From: a virus
Taxonomy: Duplodnaviria; Caudoviricetes
Length of the DNA: 31,288 nucleotides
Virus record (IMG/VR): IMGVR_UViG_3300038393_000083
Coordinates: 1 to 31,288 of that record
Reading direction: 5' to 3' (one strand)
Below the pieces are notes generated by a model. It ran no database searches. It saw nothing but the letters and a program-made list of their open reading frames with translations, and had not been told where the DNA came from. A program made the translations under genes and the position numbers. Shown piece after piece: positions 8,302 to 15,787 of the stretch (within the stretch, counting starts at the first letter, position 1; each line of letters opens with the position of its first letter).

Positions 8302-9941
8302 TACTTACCGCCTCCGCCACCATTGTTCGAAAAAATAGACGAGTCAACGAATCCGTTAGCATTCTTTTCATCTTCTTGAATGCGATCGATAATCTCTTGA
8401 GCTTGCGTATCGTCCAAGTTATCCATGCGTTTGATAGAAGACTTAACGTCAAGATTCGGCTTACCGCCCAAGCGAATCTGCATGATTTCGGCCTCCTCCT
8501 TATCGTTCTTAGGAAGTCCGTCTTTCCAAGTAATTTTCGGATAAACCGCCTCATATGCAGTGAATCCGTCAACGTCTTCATTGGCGTAATTCTCAAGTTC
8601 CATCGCAGTCCATAGCGCATCACGAATCGCTCTATCAACTTGTACGCGGATACGCTTAACCTTCGATAGAATCGGCATAAAGCGAGCTTTAATCGCAGCT
8701 CCGTCAGTATGCGACGTACCTGTACCGCCTTTTTCTTGTCCGGCCACGGTCGTTCCGAATAACCACTGTGGCGTTTCACTCATCTGGAAGACTAGCGATA
8801 ATAACAAGTCTAACTCCTTGAATACACCGTCCAATTGTTGCGTTGATAGGAACGTCATATACCCAGGAGTCTGCTCATCTTTAGATACCGGAACGTACTT
8901 TCCGCCAAATCTGATTTCGCCATCTGTACCTGTTTGTAAATCCGGACCATACGCAGTCGGATCGCTGTGCTTATGCAAAATATAATCGAGCTGAACGAGT
9001 AAATCGTTAATAGCAGCGAGAACACTTTCTATCTTTTGAACACCGCTGATACCTTCCCACGAATCATCCACCGTCTTATATGGCGAGTGAAAGACTAGCA
9101 ATCGCGGTACTCCGGTTTCTACAATATCGGAATCTTTGCCTGTAGCGACTTTCTCTCCAATAATAAAGCGTTGGATTGGCGCTCCATAGCTATTGTCTAC
9201 GTCGTAAGGATGTAGGACGAATTTTTCGTATTGGATATATCCAGGAAGGTGTCGTTCAACGTTTAAGAACGGCTTTTCGCCTTCTCCTCGAACATACACC
9301 CATTCGACGAAAGCGATATTGATTGCCTTAAATTTCTTCGCATTATCTTTCGATAACTCAGGAAATACATACGAAGGATTTACCGCCTCGATAATCGGTT
9401 CCTTTGTAACACCTTTAGGAACGTAACCTATTGCGGAGAAGTCCTGCCGGTAATCAAAGAACGTTTTAAAGAAGCTGTCTCCACGATAACCTCCGCCAAT
9501 GACAGACTCATGAATCTGCAAGTTCAAGTCGTTTTCTTCAACGATTCGATTTAACGCTTTTTGCTCCGGACTATCCTCCGGTAATCCAGTTTCGTATGTC
9601 GGAGGTTCTCCGATTAGCATATCGGCTGGTTTCGTTAACAATACGTCCATAATGTTCACAGCGATGTATAACTTTTTTAACTGCTTGGCATGCGGTGTAT
9701 CTTTTAACAAATCGCTCGCCCGCTCGTAGATTTCCCATAGATTACCGTCAAACGTTTTACGGCCACGGTAATAACGACTTAATCGCTCTACGTCTTCAGC
9801 AGGCGGAAAGATTCCTTCTGTATAAAACTTCTTCCCTTGCTGGAATACTTCGTAATTAACGCCATCCGATTCAATCGATGCTTCACGCAGTCCAGATTTA
9901 AACGGATTTAATGCGTTTAATACATCAGGTATACTAGGCAT
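8301..9941 (-). CDS. Portal protein
   Basis: 546 aa directly after TerL; SPP1-like C-terminal features (GAAIK, ITWKDGLPKND, IIDRIQEDE). Confidence 0.9.
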   Translation of the reverse strand: MPSIPDVLNALNPFKSGLREASIESDGVNYEVFQQGKKFYTEGIFPPAEDVERLSRYYRGRKTFDGNLWEIYERASDLLKDTPHAKQLKKLYIAVNIMDVLLTKPADMLIGEPPTYETGLPEDSPEQKALNRIVEENDLNLQIHESVIGGGYRGDSFFKTFFDYRQDFSAIGYVPKGVTKEPIIEAVNPSYVFPELSKDNAKKFKAINIAFVEWVYVRGEGEKPFLNVERHLPGYIQYEKFVLHPYDVDNSYGAPIQRFIIGEKVATGKDSDIVETGVPRLLVFHSPYKTVDDSWEGISGVQKIESVLAAINDLLVQLDYILHKHSDPTAYGPDLQTGTDGEIRFGGKYVPVSKDEQTPGYMTFLSTQQLDGVFKELDLLLSLVFQMSETPQWLFGTTVAGQEKGGTGTSHTDGAAIKARFMPILSKVKRIRVQVDRAIRDALWTAMELENYANEDVDGFTAYEAVYPKITWKDGLPKNDKEEAEIMQIRLGGKPNLDVKSSIKRMDNLDDTQAQEIIDRIQEDEKNANGFVDSSIFSNNGGGGGK

Positions 9942-9956
9942 CCAATCGCCTCCTTT

Positions 9957-11660
9957 CTATAGCCATTGCGGTTTGTTGTGTATTATCTTTTTACGTTTAA
10001 TTATGTTTTCAACTGCCGTTTGAAGGGCATCTAAAATATCGTCGTTATCTACATTTGGGTATTGTTCAGCCTGCTCCAATAGCCCTGTAAAGCGTTTATC
10101 CGCATGAATCACTTTATTAGCGAATAACGGCTCCATTGACTCGATACGTTGCTCCTTCGATGACTTATGCGACTTTACCTCGTTAATACGGGTATAATAA
10201 ATGCCTTCCCGTCTCATCCGCTCTTTTAACTGTCGGCTGAACTCATGGAAGGCTCCGATTGTTTCAACGCTAAACGTGCTATGTTTATACTTTCGCATCT
10301 TATCGATAATCACATCTATTACCTCATGTGGCATTTTCTTCGATGCGTAGACGTCAAGAATGTAGATATAGCCGGTTTTCTCGTCTTTACCGACGGTAAT
10401 TACTGCATTATAGTCGGACCGTGCGTTCTTACCCATTGCGATGTCCCACGCACCGCTGATCGTCAACTTACTGTAGTCAATCATCGTTGAATCATAGTAA
10501 GCCCAATCGTCAGGTACGAAGAACTGCTCCTCTTCGCTGTATGTCTTCAGCAAATACTCCGAATTAAAGGCCCGTAAAGTCATGTTAGCTCTTTCATTCA
10601 TCAGCGCTTTATATGTCCAGCGCCAAGGCCACGCCATTTGTACGCCGATTTCCATTTCTTCACGGTTAGCTTCGTAAAAGGCATCCGCATCAACCGGTCC
10701 CTGCGCCGAATATACTTCGAGATACCGTTGCCATATCTCCGTATTCTCTGGCGGATTAATTACCGCAGGATACTCTACACATTCGAAGTCTTTACGACTG
10801 AACACGTAGTTAATTAGACCGCTTGCTGTAACCGGCGTACCGATGACGATAAAGCAGGTTGCACTCGATCCAATAGGCATAAGAACCGAGTCGAACCAGT
10901 GTATTAGCTTTTGGCGGGCTTCTTTCGTTCCTTCATTATTGAGTGAGGAGGGATCATCCGTTATACATAGGTCAGGCCTGTACGATCCGTGCCTTTTCCC
11001 GCGAAGCTGTTTTCCTGCAGAAGATGCTTCGACTAATGTACCAGAAGTTGTCACAAATGCTTCTTGATTATCCTTTTCGTTCTGATTGGCCCGCTCATGT
11101 AACAATGGCCCGAAGTCAGCGATTAATTTGGCGTTGAATTTCAGGTTTTTATTAACAAATTCAATTAACTTTTTCGCCAATCCATCCGTCTCTGATAGAA
11201 CGAGAATGTATTTACGTTGGCGAAATACGACTTGATGGAGCGGAAATCCGTTACTGAATTTACCGGACTTTGACAATCCCCTTGCAGCCTTAATGCCGAG
11301 GCGGGCATTCCGCTTATTGTTAAGAACGTAGTCAATCTTATCGTGAAAGGAGCGGTGTACAGGCGCTATTTGATCGAGGTCTTGCGGTAAATTCTCGCCG
11401 TCAGCCTTGATAAGATTGTCTTCGTTAGCAGGATTGCGTATGTCTGATAAGTACTCGTATTCGAAATAGGCGGAATCCACTTCGGCACGATGAATGCGTT
11501 TAAGACGCTTCAGCTCACGTTTAATGCCGACTAACTCCTGTAGTTTATCCGCAGTTAATGCGTTAAGATTAGCGGAATACTTAGCAAGATAAGCGTCCAT
11601 TGTATCGATCATATCCTGGCGCTCTTTGCGGTCTATCCAGTGGTTGTTTACCCAAGCGAT
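9957..11660 (-). CDS. terL: Terminase large subunit
   Basis: ATPase motifs (AARGLSKS, QLRGKRHGSYRPDLCITDD, IVIGTP) and nuclease motifs (AWDIAMG, SDYNA, DDILDAL). The start is placed at an ATC behind AAAGGAGG (inferred); the ORF-track start at 11804 overlaps the recombinase. Confidence 0.93.
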   Translation of the reverse strand: MAWVNNHWIDRKERQDMIDTMDAYLAKYSANLNALTADKLQELVGIKRELKRLKRIHRAEVDSAYFEYEYLSDIRNPANEDNLIKADGENLPQDLDQIAPVHRSFHDKIDYVLNNKRNARLGIKAARGLSKSGKFSNGFPLHQVVFRQRKYILVLSETDGLAKKLIEFVNKNLKFNAKLIADFGPLLHERANQNEKDNQEAFVTTSGTLVEASSAGKQLRGKRHGSYRPDLCITDDPSSLNNEGTKEARQKLIHWFDSVLMPIGSSATCFIVIGTPVTASGLINYVFSRKDFECVEYPAVINPPENTEIWQRYLEVYSAQGPVDADAFYEANREEMEIGVQMAWPWRWTYKALMNERANMTLRAFNSEYLLKTYSEEEQFFVPDDWAYYDSTMIDYSKLTISGAWDIAMGKNARSDYNAVITVGKDEKTGYIYILDVYASKKMPHEVIDVIIDKMRKYKHSTFSVETIGAFHEFSRQLKERMRREGIYYTRINEVKSHKSSKEQRIESMEPLFANKVIHADKRFTGLLEQAEQYPNVDNDDILDALQTAVENIIKRKKIIHNKPQWL

Positions 11661-11687
11661 AAATAACGTCCTCCTTTCGATAAGATA

Positions 11688-11716
11688 TTGACGATAGTAA
11701 TATTTTCCTGTACAAT
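11688..11716 (+). promoter_or_regulatory. SigA-type promoter of the recombinase gene
   Basis: TTGACG-17 nt-TACAAT, upstream of the GGGAGG RBS and ATG at 11769. Confidence 0.8.
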
Positions 11717-11747
11717 GAATGTAACATAACGAGATTACGATACATTC
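11717..11747. repeat. 31-bp imperfect palindrome, putative recombinase binding site A
   Basis: GAATGTAACATAACGAGATTACGATACATTC; inverted arms around a short spacer; related copy at 12574. Confidence 0.7.
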
Positions 11748-11768
11748 GTTAAACGGGAGGCGGTTACG

Positions 11769-12305
11769 ATGGAAATCGTTCAACCTATACGTGATAAGAA
11801 GCAAATTGAAGCGATGAAAGCTGCGTTACATGGTCGGAATAAGCTTTTATTCATCTTCGGAATTAACTCAGCACTACGTATATCTGACGTTCTTAAGCTT
11901 AAAGTCGGAGATGTACGCGGTAAGACTTCGTTAACCGTCCGTGAACAGAAAACCGGCAAGTCTAAGACATTTGCTTTCGGATCTAATCTCGTTAAGGCGA
12001 TTAAAGAGCTGATACCAGCGGATTCCTCCGATACTGACTGGCTATTTCCGTCACGTAAAGGAGATAAAGCGATAACTCGCGTCCAGGCTTATCGCATTCT
12101 TAACGATGCTGCCGATAAAGTCGGGTTAAGCGAGATCGGGACGCATACTCTGCGCAAGACTTTCGGCTATCATGCGTATAAGGCCGGTACGGATCTAGCG
12201 TTATTACAGTCGATATTTAATCACGCTAGTCAGAACGTTACGCTCCGTTATATTGGCATCATCCAGGACGATATTAATGACGTGTATGTGAGCGTTAATT
12301 TGTAG
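11769..12305 (+). CDS. Small tyrosine recombinase (catalytic domain only)
   Basis: Complete R-K-H-R-H-Y set: ALRISD, EQKTGK, HTLRKT, FNH, RYIG; 178 aa. Confidence 0.95.
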   Translation: MEIVQPIRDKKQIEAMKAALHGRNKLLFIFGINSALRISDVLKLKVGDVRGKTSLTVREQKTGKSKTFAFGSNLVKAIKELIPADSSDTDWLFPSRKGDKAITRVQAYRILNDAADKVGLSEIGTHTLRKTFGYHAYKAGTDLALLQSIFNHASQNVTLRYIGIIQDDINDVYVSVNL

Positions 12306-12314
12306 ATAGAACGG

Positions 12315-12354
12315 AAATAACCGCCAAGTGGCTGACACCTCTGGCGGTTTTATT
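12315..12354. terminator. Terminator after the recombinase, possibly bidirectional
   Basis: AACCGCCA/TGGCGGTT stem with T-rich tails on both strands. Confidence 0.75.
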
Positions 12355-12573
12355 GCGTTTGTGATAACGTTGATATTACGAGTGGTACCGATAAGACAGT
12401 CAAACAACGAATAGCAGCGATAAGATACCGCAACGACCTCCGATAAAGTCCAAAGTTTATTTTTACAACGTGCGATCTGTTGTAGCTTGTCGTGGCCGAT
12501 TGACGCCCCCGCCTTGGGGGTCTGAACGATGGCTAAAACGGTCATGAATATCGAATACATTATGTTGCATAAC

Positions 12574-12604
12574 GAATGTAACACAAGTAAAAAGTGATAC
12601 ATTG
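12574..12604. repeat. 31-bp imperfect palindrome, putative recombinase binding site B
   Basis: GAATGTAACACAAGTAAAAAGTGATACATTG; same length and arms as site A, different centre. Confidence 0.65.
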
Positions 12605-12947
12605 ACGGAGTGGTATAAACGTTGATATAACGCCATTCTTAATGGGTAAGCACCGTACATATAACGCCACTACTTTATGCACTCGCATCAACCGCTATAT
12701 ATCAACGTTCAGCAATGCGGCCATATCCGATCCACTTGCATAAAAGTTTGCATACTGGCGTCCGTATATTACCTGCAGCAAGTGTATCGGAATATGACCC
12801 CCTCCTTATTTCTGAAAGTTTCGAAGGGGTCATGCGCCAGATCCTTCTCGCAGATGTAATTTCATATCTGTATATTAACGTAAAACATCGCTAATCCCGT
12901 TCCTTCATTATATAGACGGACAAACTGTCGTATTATACAACGGCACC

Positions 12948-13316
12948 CTATTCGCTATCATCCGCCAACAGTCGCTTCAACTCTTCTACATCCGGAACCT
13001 TACCGCTATCCTTCGTCTCTACCTCGACTTTATCCGTTAACATCTCCGACATAGTTAGCAATAGCTTCGCGCTAGCTGCGTTCTTATCTTCGACACTAGC
13101 TCGATACATAGCGTCAACTACATCCGGTATTAACTTACTCACGTTCCTCTTCGTTTGCTTACGTAACTCAGCGTCAAACTCATCGTTATTTAACCAGTTG
13201 TATAGCGTAGCTCTAGTAACTCCGCATTCTTGCGCAATCTCTTCCATCGTCTTACCCGTTCTATTCGGTTGAGATAGGAACCCAATCGCTACTAATTGCT
13301 CAGGCTTTAACGCCAT
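12948..13316 (-). CDS. HTH protein, probable terminase small subunit (phBC6A51-like)
   Basis: MEEIAQECGVTRATLYNW HTH followed by helical segments (NAASAKLLL); nearest co-oriented gene upstream of terL. Confidence 0.75.
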   Translation of the reverse strand: MALKPEQLVAIGFLSQPNRTGKTMEEIAQECGVTRATLYNWLNNDEFDAELRKQTKRNVSKLIPDVVDAMYRASVEDKNAASAKLLLTMSEMLTDKVEVETKDSGKVPDVEELKRLLADDSE

Positions 13317-13547
13317 TATATTCGCCTCCTTTCGTTTGATAAAAGAATAAATAACAAAACATTCCGCTTCGAGCCTAGCGGCTCTCGCGGTACAGTTTAT
13401 TAAGTACGCCTATGCACTTATTATATTTAATTCGCTAGTTGCCAAGCGTAAGCGAAGGCAGGCTTTGTCACACAAAGACTAAGAAGAAATTTCGCATGCC
13501 AAATAGCCTTCGTCCTTACAGCGCCAAGGCTTCATGCCACTTTTTTC

Positions 13548-13600
13548 TTGTCCAAATAAGTACACACTTTTACCCTGTTTTGTCCAAATAAGTACACACT
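13548..13600. repeat. Two perfect 21-bp direct repeats (iteron-like)
   Basis: TTGTCCAAATAAGTACACACT at 13548-13568 and 13580-13600, 32-bp period, just past the stop of the RepL-like gene. Confidence 0.85.
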
Positions 13601-13606
13601 CACTAA

Positions 13607-14416
13607 CTAAGCCTTAGCACTAAACAGCGCGCGGAGCGTTTTATCTGGCTCACTAGCCTTTCGGTAGAACACCCACGGATTAAACATATACCGTTCTTCT
13701 CCGCCTATTTTCACTTTAGCAATGACATATTCGCCGTCAAATGTCATGTGCGGTAGCCTCTTCGATATGGTCTGTGGATCGACTCCGATAACCTCCGCTA
13801 GTTCTTTTCGGTTAAGGAAGCGGATTTGCTCCGGTGTAGATTCGAAAGGATTCGAGCATATTGCGTTTGTATCATAATGGACCAGCGGAAGCATGCGGTA
13901 TATTAAACCAATGTCAGCGGCCTTTACTTCTTTGTACACTCGTTTTACTTTCGCGGTATATGCTTTGATTACGTATGGATTATCTGTTACACCCCGGAAA
14001 TGATAACGCGGGTTTACTCGGCAGGTTCCGTCCTCAGCTTCTGTAATGATCCCGTTATCTTTACAAGCTTTGAAGAAATTATAAAAGACGCTGCGCTTTT
14101 TCGTGAGCTGCAACGCCTTTAACATGTCAGCCGTAGTCATTCGACTTTTATCTGGATTTACTAACGTGCCGTCTTCGTAATTCATATAGCACTGTAAAAG
14201 CACTAAATAACCGCATTGCGTGGTTGTAAGTACGGCCGTTACTTCGTGTATGTGTTCCATAGCGGAGAAAGTGAAGTCATTCTTTTTACCGAGCGCCTTC
14301 GCTTCTTCAGCTCTCTTTAATTTGGCGTATGCCTCATCCTGGCTCTTATGCCTGATTCTATATTGGTCCGTTAAATCTTCACCAGTTTCGGTGTTTATCA
14401 GTCTTAAATTATTCAT
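13607..14416 (-). CDS. RepL-like / tandem winged-helix replication-type protein
   Basis: INTETGE N-terminus; two HTH-like modules ending in VNPRYHFRG and YMFNPWVFYR, resembling Firmicutes plasmid RepL. Confidence 0.6.
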   Translation of the reverse strand: MNNLRLINTETGEDLTDQYRIRHKSQDEAYAKLKRAEEAKALGKKNDFTFSAMEHIHEVTAVLTTTQCGYLVLLQCYMNYEDGTLVNPDKSRMTTADMLKALQLTKKRSVFYNFFKACKDNGIITEAEDGTCRVNPRYHFRGVTDNPYVIKAYTAKVKRVYKEVKAADIGLIYRMLPLVHYDTNAICSNPFESTPEQIRFLNRKELAEVIGVDPQTISKRLPHMTFDGEYVIAKVKIGGEERYMFNPWVFYRKASEPDKTLRALFSAKA

Positions 14417-14609
14417 CGGTATTCACCTCGAAGCACTCGATTTCACCAACGCGAGTATACTTAATAGCTTTAGCGCTCGCTTGCTCTAGTTCCCGCAATG
14501 CCTGCGTAGCTCTCTTCGCTTCACGTTGGATCGCTTTTAATCCGGTGAGTGCATCCGTAATATCTACGTCAATTTTAATCGTTAGTTCGCGCGACTTGTT
14601 GTCCGCCAT
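14409..14609 (-). CDS. Small coiled-coil hypothetical protein
   Basis: Start reassigned to MADNKSRE (AGGAGA RBS); the ORF-track start lies inside the tRNA. Confidence 0.7.
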   Translation of the reverse strand: MADNKSRELTIKIDVDITDALTGLKAIQREAKRATQALRELEQASAKAIKYTRVGEIECFEVNTDE

Positions 14610-14632
14610 ATAACCATCTCCTAATTTGTTAT

Positions 14633-14706
14633 TGGAGCCGTCGGCAGGATTCGAACCCGCAATACCGGAGTACAAAACCGGGGTTTTACCATTAAACTAC
14701 GTCGGC
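14633..14706 (-). tRNA. tRNA-Thr(UGU)
   Basis: GCCGACG-TA-GTTTAATGGTAAAAC-C-CCGGT-TTTGTAC-TCCGG-TATT-GCGGG-TTCGAAT-CCTGC-CGACGGC-T-CCA; encoded CCA; anticodon TGT. Confidence 0.88.
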
Positions 14707-14709
14707 ATT

Positions 14710-15000
14710 AAAAATAGCGCAGTCCTCGTAAGGAACATGCGCCTGGTCCCAACGTAAATAAGCGCCAACTTAACCCCATTTCGCTTAACCTACTCGCACA
14801 TGAGCGCAAGCGGCGACCGGAACCCGATCCGACGAAACAGAGTATTGACGCATGATCCCGCTTTATTTAACGTCTTCGGGAGTCGGACGGGCTGTTTATC
14901 GTATGAGTCACTATACGATTTGCCGTGCGTCAACACAGCGTTCGGATTCCGATAGTAGCTACTCCCTCATCCAACTGGACTGCAAACGGGTATCGGAAAC
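14710..15000 (-). ncRNA. Candidate multi-stem structured non-coding RNA upstream of the tRNA
   Basis: No credible ORF; nested helices TTCCGATA/TATCGGAA, TCCGA/TCGGA, GTGTTGACGCA/TGCGTCAATAC, ATCGTAT/ATACGAT, TCCCG/CGGGA, GCTTGCGC/GTGCGAGT, GCGCA/TGCGC. Confidence 0.5.
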
Positions 15001-15014
15001 CCAACGTTATACTG

Positions 15015-15094
15015 AAATTTCTCTATCTCGTATATCCGCAAAATCAACGTAAATACAAGTTTCCCTATACTGTATAGCCACAAAATAACGTAAA
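15015..15094 (-). repeat. Imperfect tandem repeat of ~39 bp at the head of the leftward (late) unit
   Basis: TTTACGTTATTTTGTGGCTATACAGTATAGGGAAACTT and TTTACGTTGATTTTGCGGATATACGAGATAGAGAAATTT on the minus strand. Confidence 0.65.
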
Positions 15095-15109
15095 GTGTCG
15101 TATTTAATC

Positions 15110-15153
15110 TTGAATGTTCGCCTGTTGTTCGTATATACTAAGAACAAACGTTC
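15110..15153 (+). promoter_or_regulatory. SigA-type promoter with LexA (Cheo) box for the yolD-like gene
   Basis: TTGAAT-18 nt-TATACT followed by GAACAAACGTTC (GAAC-N4-GTTC) at 15142-15153. Confidence 0.8.
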
Positions 15154-15174
15154 CTATTTACGAGGTGAATACCC

Positions 15175-15540
15175 ATGAATAACGACAGAATTGACCCGAA
15201 TTATCTACTCGAATTGAAAGACCGTGGTAACATCAAGTGGACCGCCATGATGATAACAGAACACCGCGAATCCCTATTTCACATGGCCGAAGCGCAACAA
15301 GACGTTCCTACACCACAGCACGACCCTGACATCTTAGCGGAAATGTCCGAAGTTCTAGCGTCTGCATTCCACCTGCAAGATCCGGTGCAGCTTCGTTACT
15401 GGAAGGATAAACGGTACATTGACGTTACCTGCTACGTAAGCAAGCTTGATCCGTATAAGAAGGCGATATTGGTTTCGGTTGACGAGTACGATAAGCGCTG
15501 GATTCCTGTAAAAAGCATTGTTAGTGTAGAGACAGAGTAG
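15175..15540 (+). CDS. YolD-like protein
   Basis: KDRGNIKWTAMMITEH signature; GAGGTG RBS; SOS box upstream. Confidence 0.88.
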   Translation: MNNDRIDPNYLLELKDRGNIKWTAMMITEHRESLFHMAEAQQDVPTPQHDPDILAEMSEVLASAFHLQDPVQLRYWKDKRYIDVTCYVSKLDPYKKAILVSVDEYDKRWIPVKSIVSVETE

Positions 15541-15590
15541 CTGCTAACGTGATATACTTAATCACATGATTTATATAGGAGGTACTTACC

Positions 15591-15746
15591 ATGGCAGATA
15601 CGTTTACACAGCAAGAATTAGATATAATCAACGATTTAGATACTTTATCTAGCGACGAAATTATTGCCAAGTACAGTATTGTCGGATCAACGGAAGAATT
15701 AGAAGCGATGCTTAAGATGGCTAAAGCGCTGAAATCTATGATGTAA
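15591..15746 (+). CDS. Small acidic hypothetical protein (51 aa)
   Basis: Below the ORF-track cutoff. AGGAGGT RBS; MADTFTQQELDIINDLDTLSSDEIIAKYSIVGSTEELEAMLKMAKALKSMM*; followed by a terminator. Confidence 0.8.
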   Translation: MADTFTQQELDIINDLDTLSSDEIIAKYSIVGSTEELEAMLKMAKALKSMM

Positions 15747-15787
15747 AAAAGGCGTAGGGATAACGGACTCCCTACGCTTCTTACTTT
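15745..15787. terminator. Bidirectional terminator between convergent genes
   Basis: GCGTAGGGA/TCCCTACGC stem with an A run on the left and a T-rich tail on the right. Confidence 0.8.

Noticed and set aside
8294-8779. 161-aa alternative-frame ORF within the portal gene, and similar overlapping ORFs throughout
   Set aside because: Overlap well-supported genes and lack RBS or protein-like features.
11661-11804. ORF-track N-terminal extension of TerL
   Set aside because: Overlaps the recombinase promoter and start; a strong SD lies downstream of it.
12204-12859. ORFs 12204-12602, 12463-12660 and 12677-12859
   Set aside because: No RBS; they cross a terminator and repeat motifs, so the region is better explained as non-coding.
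13548-13600. Direct repeats as a CRISPR mini-array
   Set aside because: Only two copies with an 11-bp gap and no cas operon; the Cas4-like nuclease is a typical phage recombination gene.
14633-14706. tRNA read as Tyr (GTA) or as a prophage att site
   Set aside because: Loop symmetry places TGT at 34-36 and the variable arm is short; no duplicated tRNA end was seen and phage genes continue on both sides.
14710-15052. Structured region as a hammerhead ribozyme, intron or the 66-aa ORF 14852-15052
   Set aside because: No CUGANGA core was seen, no interrupted gene flanks it, and the ORF lacks an RBS.
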